DNA of 64,000 nucleotides from Mobula hypostoma (GCF_963921235.1 NC_086097.1:21888001-21952000); one strand, 5' to 3'; positions 26,181-39,094 are shown, counted from the stretch's first letter. Notes: generated by a model not told the origin, from the letters alone. Program-made: numbers and translations.

Positions 26181-27697
26181 TTATGTAATAATCTAGATGG
26201 GGTAATTTTTATAGTATTTGATACCCTGGGGTTGTGGAATTAAGAACTAAGGGGGCAAAGATTTAGTAGGAACCTGAATGGCAACTTCCTCAGCCAGAGT
26301 GGTCGGTATATAGAATGAGCTGCCAGAGGGAGAGGTTGAGTCAGGGGCATTAATGACATTTAAAAAAGTACTTGGACAGGTAATATGGATCAAAGCAAGC
26401 AAATAGAACTAACTTAGAAGGGTATCTGAGTTGGTATGGACCAGTTGAACCGAACAGTTTACTTCAGGGTTGGATGATTCTCTGACTTTATGACCTCATG
26501 GAAACAAAGAAATTTTTTTTGATGGTTCGACTGATTAGTTACAGCTATCATCTGGGGATTCTAGAAGTAAAGGTCATATCTCAAAATAAGCATCTTTGGA
26601 CTGAGATTAGGGGATATTTCTTCCTTCGGAGGATGGTGAAGCTTTGAAATTCTCTACCCTGGAGAGCTAAGGAGGCATAAGCAATCTGCCGGAGGAACTC
26701 AGCAGGTCGACCAGTGGCAGGAAAGAATTGTCGAGGTTTTGGGTTAAAACCCTGCGTCAGCTCTCTGATGCCTCCGACATCAGATGCACTCACTGCTGGA
26801 TATCGAGTGCATATGGATAAGGAAAATGGTGTTAAGGTAGAACAGCTTTGAATGCCAGAAGAGTCTCCAAGGACTAATGCTATACTCTGGTTTATGCTTG
26901 TTGTGTTCTCACACTCCTAAGATTTTGAGTGTACTCCTCAGGACTAGTGGAGGAGTGGTGATATATTCCAAGTCACGATGGTGTGTGACTTGGAGGGGAT
27001 CCTGTAGCTGATGTGCTGTGCACCAGAAGTGCCAAGCAGATGAAGTAAGAGCTTTAGGATGACAGAAGAGGCAATCTTTGCAGGATACCCAAGTTCACAA
27101 ACTACCTCTCACCTTACTGTCTACCTACTGCTCTTTCTCTGTAGCTGCTGGACTTTATTCCGCATTATGGTATTGTTTTCCTTTGTACTACCTCAACACA
27201 CAGCAAAATGAATGGATCTGTATGAACAGTGTGCAAGACAAGCTTTTCACTGCATCTGTACTGTACATGTGACAATAATAAACCAATTCCAATTCTTTTG
27301 TCATTCCAGCATTAATGTCACTGATCCTATTGGGCTTCTAATCATTGAATGTGCAGGGTAGTTGGACAGAGTCAATCTTGCTTAAGATCAACATTATCTG
27401 CCAGTTATGTGGCATGAATTATTAACCCACGCGTGAATGTTATTTAGATGTTGATCAGTTCATAAGATAATGGGACTGTAAGTTATAGGAGCAGAATTAA
27501 GCCATCCGGTCTAGCAAGTTTGCTCCACCAATCCATCATGGCTGATATATTATCCCTCTCAACTCCATTCTCCGGCATTTCCCCATAATCTATAACACAC
27601 TCACTATTCAAGAATCTATTGACCTCTGCTTTAAATATACCTAATAACTTGGTCTCCACAGACATCTTTGGCAATGAATTTCACAGATTCACCACCC

Positions 27698-28484
27698 AGC
27701 AACAACCTTGCACTCAATGTCAGTAAGACCAAAAATCTGATTGTGGACTTCAGAAAGGGTAAGACAAGGGAACACACACCAGTCCTCACAGAGGGATTAG
27801 AGGTGGAAAGTGTGAGCAATTTCAAGTTCCAGGGTGTCAATATCTCTGAGGATCTACCTGGACACAACATATCGATGCAGCTACAAAGAAGGCACAACAG
27901 CAGCTGTATTTCATTAGGAATTTGAGGGGAGTTGGTTTGTCACCAAAGACACGCACAGATTTCTACAGACGTACCATGGAGACTAATCTAATTGGCTGCA
28001 TCATCGTCTAGTATGGGGGTGGGGTCTACTGCACAGGATCGAAATAAGCTGCAGAGAGTTGTAAGCTTAGCTCCATCATGGGCACTAGCCTCCATAGTAT
28101 GCAGAACATCTTCAAGGAGCGATGCCTCAAACAGGTGGCATCCATCATTAAGGACCCCCATCACCCAGGACATGCTTTGTTTTCATTGCTACCATCAGGA
28201 AGGAGGTATGGAAGCCTGAAGGCACACACACAATGATTCAGGAACAGCTTCTTCCCCTCTGCCATCTATTTTCTGAATGGACATTGAGTCCATAAACATT
28301 ACCTCACTACTTTTTTATTTCTATATTACTGCTTATTTAATTTAACTATTTAATATACATATTCTTACTGTAATTCACAGTTTTTTTCTAATATTATGTA
28401 TTAGATTGTACTGCTGCCTCAAAGCCAGATTTCATGACATATGCCAGTGATATTAAACCTGATTCTGATTCTGATTCTGATTCT
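27698..28484 (+). mobile_element. Rex1/Babar-like LINE 3' fragment
   Basis: NNLALNVSKTKNLIVDFRK..FKFQGV; taaacctgatt(ctgatt)n tail. Confidence 0.85.
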
Positions 28485-28832
28485 TGGACTAAAGCTAAGT
28501 GCAGCATATGGCAACTTCATTATTGGATCAGTCATATTGAAATGAACATCAGGTATTCATCAGAAAATCATTTTCAGTCCAGGTGAAGAGTCTTGGTTCA
28601 AAACAACAACAAACCTTTTTCCTCTTTAGATGCTGCCGGATCCACTGGGTACCTCAAGTCACTTGTTTTTTTCTGTTTCCGAGAATCAAGCAGTCTAACT
28701 ACACTGCATTGGATGACCTGTGTGTTTGTGTGGCTAAAGTGGGTCTTGAACTCACAACCTAATGACTCAAAGGTATGTGAGCCTTCTACTGGGTCACAGC
28801 ACAGGAAGGAGCAGTGGTGGGATTAAATACTA

Positions 28833-29110
28833 AAGACTAGTTTTATTTGTCACATGTACCTCGAAACATACAGTGAAATGCATCGTTTGCATCAACATCC
28901 AACACAGCCTGATGATGTGCTAGAGGCAGCCTGCAAGTGTCTCCTTGTGTCCAGCACCAACATAGCACGCCCACAACTTACTAACCCGTGTGTTTTTGGA
29001 ATGTGGGAGGAACCAGGTGGGCCTGAAGGAAACACACGTGGTTACGGGGAGGACATATAAACTCCTGATAGGCAGCGGTGGGAACTGGCATTGTAAAGCG
29101 TTGCACCAGC
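28833..29110 (-). mobile_element. V-SINE with Rex1-like tail
   Basis: Same layout as 16862-17160. Confidence 0.72.
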
Positions 29111-29111
29111 G

Positions 29112-31392
29112 AGGTAGTAAATTGGATTAGACATTGACTTCACGGGAGCAGCTGGAGAGTGGTGGTAGGTGGTTGCCTCTCTGACCGGAGGCCTGTGACT
29201 AGTGGAGTGCTGCAGGGATCAGCACTGGGTCTTTTGTTGTTCGTTATCTGGATCAGCGATCTGGTTGATAATGCGGTTAACTGGATCAGCAAACTTGCGG
29301 ATGACACCACGGTTGGGGGCGTAGTGGACAGCAAGGAAGACTATCAGAGCTTGCAGTGGGATCTGGACCAGTGGAAAAATGGGCTGAAAAATGGCAGATG
29401 GAATTAATGCAGACAAGTACGAGGCATTGCAGTTTCGGCAAACCAGGGTAGGACTTACACAATGAGCAGTAGGGCACTGCAGAGTGCGGTAGAACAGAGG
29501 GATCTGGGAATACAGATCCATAACGCTTTCAAAGTGGTGTCACAGGTAGATAGGGTCATAACCAAATATAACCATATAACCGTATAACAATTACAGCATG
29601 GAAACAGGCCATCTCGACCCTTCTAGTTTGTGCCAAACTCTTACTCTCATCTAGTCCCACCGACCTGCACTCAGCCCATAACCCTCCATTCCTTTCCTGT
29701 CCATGTAGCTATCCAATTTAACTTTAAATGACAACATCGAACCTACCTCAACCACTTCTGCTGGAAGCTTGTTCCACACAGCTACTACTGTCTGACTAAA
29801 GAAGTTCCCCCTCATGTTACCCCTAAACTTTTGCCCTTTAACTCTCAATTCATGTCCTCTTGTTTGAATCTCCCCCATTCTCAATGGAAAAAGCCTATCC
29901 ACGTCAACTCTATCTATCCCCCTCATAATTGTAAATACCTCTATCAAGTCCCCCTTCAACCTGCTATGCTCCAAAGAATAAAGACCCAACTTGTTGAACC
30001 TTTCTCTGTAACTTAGGAGATGAAACCGAATCTATTTTACTACTTCAGTATTAATACCTAACAATTGAACCTTCCTAACTAACCTTCCATGTAGAACCTT
30101 GTCAAAGGCCTTTCTGAAGTCCATATGGACAACATCCACCGCTTTACCCTCGTCAACTTTCCTAGTAACCGCTTCAAAAAATTCAATAAGGTTTGTCAAA
30201 CATGACTTTCCATGCACATATCCATGTTGACTGTTCCTAATCAGACCCTGTCTATCCAGATAATTATATATACCATCTCTAAGAATACTTTCCATCAATT
30301 TACCCACCACTGATGTCAAACTCACAGGCCGATAATTGCTAGGTTTACTCTTAGGACCCTTTTTAAACAATGGAACATGATGTGCAATACGCCAATCCTC
30401 CGGCACCATCCCCATTTCTAATGACGTTTGAAATATTTCTGTCAGAGCCCCTGCTATTTCCACACTAACTTCCTTCAAGGTCCTACGGAATATCCTGTCA
30501 GGACCTGGCGACTTAACCACTTTTATATTCCTTAAAAGCACCAGTACTTCCTCTTCTTTAATCATCATAGTTTCCATAACTACCCTACTTGTTTCCCTTA
30601 CCTTACACAATTCAATATCCTTCTCCCTAGTGAATACGGAAGGAAAGAAATTGTTCAAAATCTCCCCCATCTCTTTTGGCTCCGCACATAGCCATCCACT
30701 CTGATTCTCTAAGGGACCAATTTTATCCCTCACTATCCTTTTGCTATTAATATAACTGTAGAAACCCTTTGGATTTATAAAGAGAGCTTTTGGCACATCG
30801 ACCTACGTAAGTTAAAATACTGAGCACAGGAGTTGGGATGTATGTCGAAGTTGCATGAGAAATTGGCAAGGCCTAATTTGGAGTATAGTCACCTACTTAC
30901 AGGAAAGATGTAAATAATATTGAAAGAGTACAGAGAAAATTTACAAGAATGTTGCTGAGATCTGAAGGCCTTAGTTATAAGGAAAGATTGAATAATTTAG
31001 GACTTTATTCTCAAGAACATAAGAGAGTGAGGGGAGATTTGATAGAGGTGTACAAAATTATGAGGGGTGTCGAGAGGATAGTTGCAAGCAGACTTTTATC
31101 CCTACTGAGGTTGGGTGGGAAAACAACTGGAGCCCATGGGTTAAGGGTGAAAGGTGAAATATTTAAACGGAACATGAGGGGAATCTTTTTCACTCAGAAG
31201 GTGGTGAGCGTGTGGTACGAGCTGCCAGAGAAGTGGTGGATGTGGCGTCGATTTCAACATTTAAGGGAAATTTGGATAGGTACATGGATGGGAGGGGTGT
31301 GGTGGTCTCTGGTCAGGGTGCAGGTCAATGGGACTAGGCAGATTATTAGTCTGGCATGGACTAGATGGGCCAAAGGGCCTGCTTCTGTGCTG
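29112..31392 (+). mobile_element. CR1 LINE fragment split by an opposite-strand CR1 insertion
   Basis: SGVLQGS..KLADDT at 29159-29407; sequence resumes at ~30777 (gatagggtcataa | agagagcttttggc). Confidence 0.85.
29562..30776 (-). mobile_element. Nested CR1 LINE with internal deletion of the RT core
   Basis: ORF 30032-30796 (NYRPVSL..DFRKAFDKV) joins directly to the C-terminal ORF 29651-29989; (ataaccat)n-like tail; possible ataa TSD. Confidence 0.85.
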
Positions 31393-32030
31393 AGGTACCC
31401 TGCGGCGAGCCACTCTGCGACTGTGCTGTCAGGAAGCTCTAGATTTAAAGTATTCCGGAAGATGAAGACCAGGGAAATGGAGGAATAGTGGTGGGCACAG
31501 GGAAGTGGAGATACACAGAATGTAAAAGCAATGAAAGTGGTGAAGTGGGGGCATTTTTAAGCCTGGGCGAGTTATAGAGAAGAAAAACTGACAATGTGAG
31601 CATTCTTCAGTTGCTTGATCTTGGCTGATAGAACTCCCCACAAGACGTTGGTTGGTTTTCTGACTGTAAGTGTGTAAAAAGAAGAGTATGACAAGGACCT
31701 TCGTTGTTTGTCATCAGTATACACGTGGGGAGAAGATAGGAAGTCTGATTAATAAGTTTCATGAGTATTTGTTTGTGTGTAGCTTTAAATTGATTCTATT
31801 GTATTTCTTTGTTCTACTACAAATGCCTGCAAGGAAATGAATTTCATGGTGTATATGGTGACATATGTATATGTACTTTGAGGATAAATTTACCTTGAAC
31901 TTTGATGGCTCACAGATTAGTGGAGTCATACACAGCAGTGAATATTAGTGAATTGGTTTATTGTTGCCGTGCTACAGTGTCAAACTTTTCTTTGCACATC
32001 ACCCGTTCCGATTGCATAGTAGCATAGCGT

Positions 32031-32362
32031 GAGACGGCACGTTAGCGTAGCTTTGCGCAATCGCTTTGCGGCACCAGCAATCACCGACTGGGGTTCGATT
32101 CCTGCTGCTGTCCGTCGGGAGTTTATACATTTTCTCCCTGACCGCATGGCTTTCCTCCGGGTGCTCTGGCTTTCTCCCACATTCCAACGACGCACGGTGA
32201 GGGTTAGTAAGTTGTGGGCACGCTATGCTGGCGCTGGAAACATGGTGACACTTGCAGACTGCCCCAGCACAATTTTCACTGATTTGATTTGACGCAAAAT
32301 AATGTATTTCACTTTATGTTTCAATGTATATGGTGGCAATAAAGCTAATCTTATCTCTCTTT
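32031..32362 (+). mobile_element. V-SINE with Rex1-like tail
   Basis: B box ggttcgattcc, V core, ends aataaagctaatctt; CpG-rich. Confidence 0.8.
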
Positions 32363-32559
32363 CATTTCATAGCAACAGTATATTAAGGTAGTACAAAGGA
32401 AAACAATAACAGAATACAGAATAAAGTGTAACAGAGAAAATTCAGTGCTGGTACACAGTAAGGTGCAAGGCCCTAATGAGGTCAAGAGCCCACTAGGAAA
32501 ACCGATCAATAGTCTTATAACGCAGGATGGAAGCTGTCCTTGAGCCTGGTGGTACGTGC

Positions 32560-33463
32560 TGTGACGAGAATACACATAGATTAAGATGTTAGCTGTCCTG
32601 TGCTGGCACCAGTGGGATCAGCTGTTGGTCTGCCACCTGTCTTCAGGAGAAAGAGAGATAAGGGAAACAATGGAGCAGCATTTGGAGATGTTAATGAAGG
32701 GACGGGAGAATTTAACGGAAGGAGAGCTGTCAAGATCGGCTCCCCCTTTGAACCCTGAACTGTTTGAAGTGATGGACAGGCGATACCCCAGCAGGGGGAT
32801 AAAAAGGGACAGGTTCGCTAAGGCAAGACATACACGACACCCCGAGGTAACGAGACCCTGGAAGCGGTGCGTCTCCCACAAGTCGGTGGGAAGTTTTGGA
32901 CGGCTGGTCGCGGGATCAAGCCATAGACGCACAGGGTGGAAAGGCACGATCGGCGGGAACCTGGTGTGTGTCCACCCTTGCCTGGGTGCCAGGTTCACCG
33001 CAGAGAAACGACCGTATCTGGAAACGGAGGGATCACGGTCCGTGACCTCAGATGACATCACAAAGGGCTCGCACGAAAGCTGACTGCGAAGAATATCAAA
33101 GGTCTGTGTGTGGAAGCCGTTTGAATATTCATTCGTTTTGCTCTCTCTCTCCTTCACCCCACTGTCCATCTCCCACGGCAGCGATTACTGCGAACTGAAC
33201 TGAACTAAATTGAACTGAACTTTGCGTCACTTTGAAACTGGTCATTTATCCCTAGACAACAATAGAGCTTGATTGATCCTGTTATCTTAATTCTGTGTAC
33301 ATGTGTGTTTATCATTGCTGAACTGTTGCATTTATTATCCTTTTGATTTAGAGTACTGTGTTGCTTGTTTCTTTAATAAAACTTTCTTAGTTCTAGTAAT
33401 CCAGACTCCAACTGAGTGATCCATTTCTGCTGGTTTGGCAACCCAGTTACGGGGTACGTAACA
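32560..33463 (+). mobile_element. Solo LTR related to the LTRs of the 58833-63736 element
   Basis: TGTGACGAGAATACACAT...GGGGTACGTAACA, same termini as the full element; TSD gtgc at 32556-32559 and 33464-33467; AATAAA at 33375-33380. Confidence 0.93.
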
Positions 33464-34855
33464 GTGCTTTCAGACTTTTGTATCTTCTGCTGGATAGGAG
33501 AGGCCGCTTTACTGAGGCAGTGGAAAATATAGACAGGGTCCATGGAGGGGAGCTTGTTTCATGTGATGTGCTGAGCCGTGACCACAACTTGCAGTTTCTT
33601 ATGGTCACGTGCTGAGCAGTTGCCATATCAGGCAGTGGTGGATTATGGGATGGGGGAGGTGTAAGAGGGATACAGGCCTAGTGTAGGCAAATGGGAATTC
33701 GCATAGAAAGGCATCACAGTTGGCATGGATGAGTTGAGCTGAAGAGCCTATTCCTGTGTTTTACCACTTAATGAATCTCAGCCATTCCCAGTAACATGGA
33801 CACCAAGTTTGTTGGTGGAATTACTCACGTTCTGTCTTGGAATACTATACGCAGCTTTATAATTAGATTTTCTGTGAAGGAAACTTGAACTGCAGCCACT
33901 GGCAAATGACAGTAGGCCTGAGGGAAGATGTTTTTGATGTTTTCCATGTATATCAGGACACTTTGACTTTGTCTGTCTGTGTGCTTGGTGAGTGATCGCT
34001 GATTGGCTACAACCACATTGTTACCCGAGATACCAAGGACCCCTGTGGCAGAGCTAAATGCCCCTACCCAAGGTTAACACTCTGCCACCTTCACAAGGTG
34101 TGTGTTCCCGTCCAAAGATTTGAGCACACAATTCATGGGTGGCATTGCAGTGCGGTACTGAGGGTGTATTATACTGTTAATGTTGATGTTCTTGGAATTA
34201 AAAATACAACAGAGGCCCTGATGGCCCTTTCAGGTGAGGATAAAAGATACCTTGGTGCAATTTGAAAATCTAATCCTCAGCTAACATTCCTAATGCTCTG
34301 GTTTCCTCCCACATTCCAAGACGTATGGATGAGGGTTAGTGAATTGTGGGCATGCTTGGTCAGCAACACTCAGGGTCACACTTAAGGCTGCCCGTCTCAA
34401 TCCTCGATAATTTGATTTGACACGAGTGATGCATTTCACTGTATGTTTCAATGTACATGTGACAAATACAGTAAAGCTAATCTTTCTTTCTATCACTCTT
34501 ATAGAGTCATGGAACACTACAGCACAGACACAAGCTCTTTGGCCCATCTAGTCCATGCCAGCCTGGTTTTCCGCTTAGTCCCATCTAGCTACACTTGGAC
34601 CATAGCCCTCATTTCAGCTCATAACTCTTATCCATGTCCCTAACCAAACTTTTCTTCAATGGTGCAAATGAACCTGCCTCTACCACTTCCCCTGTTAACC
34701 TGGTTGTTTTCACATTGCTGTTTTGCGGGATCTTTCTGTGCTTACGTTGGCTCCTGTGTGCTCCATGCTATAAAGATCACGATACCTAGAACATAGAGCA
34801 TAGAATAGTACAGCACAGTACCTCATTGCCTGTAACCTGCTTTATGATAGCTTGA

Positions 34856-35222
34856 GTACGGTCGAAACTTCGACTGTACCTCTTCCTAAAGATGCTGCCT
34901 GACCTGCTGCGTTCACCAGCAACTTTGATGTGTGTTGCTTGAATTTCCAGCATCTGCAGAATTCCTCGTGTTTGTGTTTTTAAATTCACTACTGCGAAGC
35001 CTCTTCCGTGAGCCTACACTGAAGAAGTTTAAATCTTCTCTTCGACAGGAGTTCAATGAAACCATCTCTCACTGCTCCCCATCTGTAATTTCTTCAAATC
35101 TCTTACTAGCTCTTCCTTCAGTTAGTCCTGATGAAGGGTTTCGGCCCAAAATGTCGACTGTACCTCTTCCTAGAGATGCTGCCTGGCCTGCTGCGTTCAC
35201 CAGCAACTTTGATGTGTGTCGC
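34856..35222 (+). mobile_element. Mini Penelope-like element with direct terminal repeats (pseudo-LTRs) and a 14-bp TSD
   Basis: cgactgtacctcttccta...gatgtgtgt repeated at 34871 and 35155; flanks ttatgatagcttga (34842-34855) and ttatgacagcttga (35223-35236). Confidence 0.8.
35123..35160 (+). ncRNA. Minimal type I hammerhead ribozyme-like motif (CpG-decayed)
   Basis: agtc-CTGATGA-a-ggg-tttcgg-ccc-aAAA-tGTC-gact. Confidence 0.65.
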
Positions 35223-35896
35223 TTATGACAGCTTGATAGGGATGAGTCAGGCACTACGGAAACGCAAGCTTTTCTTTCTTGGCAGACCATTTGCATCATG
35301 CCTTCGATTCTGGGTGCAACTGATATGTTTGATGACCCTGGTGTTAACCCATCAAGTTGTGACTAAGAAAGTCCATGGAGTCTAATATTCCATCATTTTT
35401 CAGAATGTGTCACAGCAAGGGACGGTTTGTTTACAGCACATCATATGGCTAATGCAACAATACCTTTTACTGATATGTCTGGGCTCCCAAAAGAGCTGAC
35501 ATATTTTCTGCTTCCCGGTGACATTGTTTTGGCACTTGCCAGGTTCCAGCAGAGATGCGATAGACTGAGGTGCACATAAGAGGCCAAGTAAATGTCTCCC
35601 TGAAATGTTTTATTCTCCAACTCTTACAGAGTAATGAGTCACACTGCTTTCACTTGGCGAAGGCAGGTCCTTGGCATACCTATCCTCATCAGGACCGGTG
35701 ATGTGGGCTCTCTGAAAGATACCCACCTTCTTGTCTGGGTGAAGGTGATGTTGGGAGTATATTAACTGTAAAATAAAAGAGGCCGTTATTGAGTTCAGGA
35801 AGGGGGCGGCACACACATCTCTGTATAAATCAACAGTGTTGAGATCAAGAGTGTTGAGAGACCATAAGATATAGGAGCAAAATTAGGCCATTTGGC

Positions 35897-36224
35897 TCAT
35901 AGTCATAGTCATAGTCATACTTTATTGATCCCGAGGGAAATTGGGTTTCGTTACAGTTGCACCAACCAAGAATAGAGTATAGATATAGCAATATAAAACC
36001 ATAAATAATTAAATAATAATATATAAATTATGCCAGGAAATAAGTCCAGGACCAGCCTATTGGCTCAGGGTGTCTGACCCTCCAAGGGAGGAGTTGTAAA
36101 GTTTGATGGCCACGGGCAGGAATGACTTCCTATGACGCTCAGTGCTGCATCTCAGTGGAATGAGTCTCTGGCTGAATGTACTCCTGTGCCCACTCAGTCC
36201 TTTATGTAGTGGATGGGAGACATT
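35897..36224 (-). mobile_element. Rex1/Babar-like LINE 3' end with (atgact)n tail; a plus-strand copy lies at ~9317-9477
   Basis: HPLH..RHRKSFLPVAIKLYN; gggatcaataaagtatgactatgact end shared with 9444-9477. Confidence 0.8.
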
Positions 36225-36421
36225 GATGCCATGACGAAGAAAGCTCACCAATGCTTCTACTTCCTCAGGAGGTTGAAGAAATTTGGAGTGTCCCCATCAA
36301 GTTGTTACCAGGAAACTACACAGCTGTCTCGCAATCAAGCTGAACTAGGGGATAACAGAAACACATACAAAATGCTGGAGGAGCTCAGCAGGCCAGGCAG
36401 CATCTATGGATGTATGGATCA

Positions 36422-36461
36422 GGTGTCCTGCTGAAGGGTCTCGGCCCGAAACGTCGACTCC
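36422..36461 (+). ncRNA. Minimal type I hammerhead ribozyme-like motif (A6C variant) in a PLE end
   Basis: gtc-CTGCTGA-a-ggg-tctcgg-ccc-GAAA-CGTC-gac: stem I gtc/gac, stem II ggg/ccc, palindromic ACGT in place of stem III. Confidence 0.7.
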
Positions 36462-37623
36462 ACTCTTTTCCATAGATGCTGCCTGGCCTGCTGAGTTCCT
36501 CCAGCATTTCGTGTGTGTGGCTCAGATTTCCAGCATCTGCAGATTTTCTCTTGTTTGTAGGTGATACTAGAGTTCCCTCAGGGCTAGCAAGAGAGGTCAG
36601 GAGTGACCAGGGTTGACTGGAACAGCGGAGGCAGCTGCTTCACTAACTGTACAATTGTACTGCTTTGGTAGAATCATTCTGTACCTCAAGACAAAGAAGT
36701 AGGAAGAAGAAAAATCATTGCAGACCCTGAAATCTTTCTTTTCCAAAAACTCCTCCTAGTAGCCTTAATGGCATTAACTTCATGCCAGTTTAAAAGTTTC
36801 TTCTCCCAGGATGTTAATCTAATTAATCAATTTAGTTACCCCTATCCCACCCCTCTAACTATTACCTCAGTCACTGCACTGTAAACATTTTAAACCACTT
36901 TTTATGAAGCTGCTAACATTGTAAACACATGCTGGTACTTATGTATTTCTGTACATTTTACTCCATATCCATACTTTAACCTCTAACTTACCTTTATATA
37001 ACTCTTTAGAATTGTTGAATTGTGTTGTTTCTTTTTGGTGTCACACACCACAGCAAATTCCAAGTACATGTAAATGTATCTGGCAAGTAAAAGTTAATTC
37101 TTGATCTTTGACCTAACCAAGGTCCCTCAGCCTCCCTGTTGCTAAAATAAATAACCCTAATATATCGAATCACTCTACATGAACAGTTTTCTCATCTTGG
37201 CAATATCCTCATGAATCTCCCATGCTGCCTCTCAGATATCATTTCATCTCTTATATGTGGCAGTGACCAGAGCTGTCTGTGTACAGTACAAGGACTATGA
37301 TTGAACTATGATATGAATTCTGATGAAGGGTCTCAGCCTGAAACATCAACTGTTCATTTCCCTCTGCAGATGCTGCCTGACCTGTTGAGTTCCTCCAGCA
37401 TTCCGTGTGTGTTGCTCAAAACCTCCAGCATTTACAGAATATCTTGTCTCTATGATTTAACTAGGGTTGCATGGAGTTCAGGCCTAGACTGATCTTAATT
37501 CCTATGTGTTAGCAAACAAAAGGAAGCATATAAATTGCTTTGTGAACTATTCTATCAGCCTGTCTGGGTATCGTTAAGGATCTTAGACATACTTTCCAAG
37601 GTTCCACTCTGACTGGTTGCATC

Positions 37624-37911
37624 TTTTTATTCATTTATTGAGATACAGCACAGAATAGACCCTTCTGGCCCTTTGAACCACACTGCCCAGCAATCTCCCA
37701 ATTTAATCTGAGCCTAATCATAGGACAAGTTACAATGACTAATTAACCTACTTACCAGTACGTCTTTGGACTGTGGGAGGAAACCAGAGCACCCGGAGAA
37801 ACCCACACAGTCACGGGGAGAACATACAAACTCCTTACAGGCAGCAATGGAAATTAAACTTGGGTCACCTGTACTGTAAAGCGTTGTGCTAACCACTACA
37901 CTACTGTGCCA
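37624..37911 (-). mobile_element. V-SINE (HE1-like), CR1-type tail
   Basis: Reverse complement closely resembles 3845-4107. Confidence 0.8.
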
Positions 37912-38399
37912 TTGGCATCACAGTCTTGGTACGTAGTCTCCAATGCACAGGATCAAAAAAGACTATAAAGGGATGAAGACTTAGCCTGTTTATTCAAGGG
38001 CACAACCTCCATCAAGGACATCTTCATTATGTAGTTCCTCAAGGCAGCGGCATCCATCATTAAGTGCATCATCATCCAGGACATGCCCTCTTAGCATTAT
38101 TACTCTCGGGAGGAGGTACGGGGGTCTGAAGACTCACACTCAGTGTTTTAAGAACAACTTCAACCCCACTGCCATCAGATTTCTGAATGGCCCGTGAGCA
38201 GCAGCTTGTTATTTGCCATTGCACTACTTACTTATTTTTGTAGTTTATGTGAATTTTTATGTATTGCACTCTACTGCTGCCACAAAAACGTTTACAACAA
38301 GTGTCGGTAATAATAAATCTGATACTTATTCAATTCCTTCGCACCTCGCAATGTCCTGCCCTTTGATGTCTATCCAAGGTCCAACGCCAAGCGGACTCA

Positions 38400-39075
38400 C
38401 TGGAATAAAGGAGGACCAGGACCTGGAAGAGTCAAGGCCAGAGTCCTGGAAGAAATGCGAAACATCCATGAGTATCAGGAAGATGGCCCCTAAGGATGAC
38501 CTGCTAGGAGAAATCTCAGACAACGGGCAAGGGAAATGGAAATGGAAGTGGGTGAAGCAGAGCCAGAGGACCAGAGGCCATGGCAGGACAAGCCACTGTG
38601 TGGTATGTACCATTGCCAGGTATCAGAGGTGGCTGACATAAGAAAGTCATACCAATGACTGGAAGTGGCAGGACTGAGGGACAGCACAGAGGCACTGCTC
38701 ATGGCTGCACAAGGACAGGTGCTGAGCACAAGATCAATAGAAGCAGGGGTCTGTCACACCAGACAAGACCCAAGATGCAGACTGTGCAAGGAATCCACTG
38801 AAACCACCCAGCACATAGTAGCAGGCTGCAAGATGCAGGCAGGGACAGCATACCCTGAACAGCACAACCAAGCTGCAGGAACTGTGTACAGGAACATCTG
38901 TGCTGAGTATGGATTGGACGCTCCCAAGTCCAAATGGGAAACACCCGAGCAGATAGTGGAGAATGACAGAGCTAAGATCCGGTGGGACTTCCAAATACAG
39001 ACTGACAAGAAGGTACTAGCCAACCAACCAAACACAGTAATACTGGACAAGGAACAGAAGAAAGCAAAAGTAATG
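38400..39075 (+). mobile_element. R4/Dong (Rex6-like) non-LTR retrotransposon fragment with restriction-like endonuclease
   Basis: ETEALIMAAQEQ-like STEALLMAAQGQ; CRLC..ETTQHIVAGC knuckle; QHNQ (RHN motif); WDFQIQTDK..ANQPN (PD motif). Confidence 0.85.
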
Positions 39076-39094
39076 ATGTGTCATATTAAAGGGA

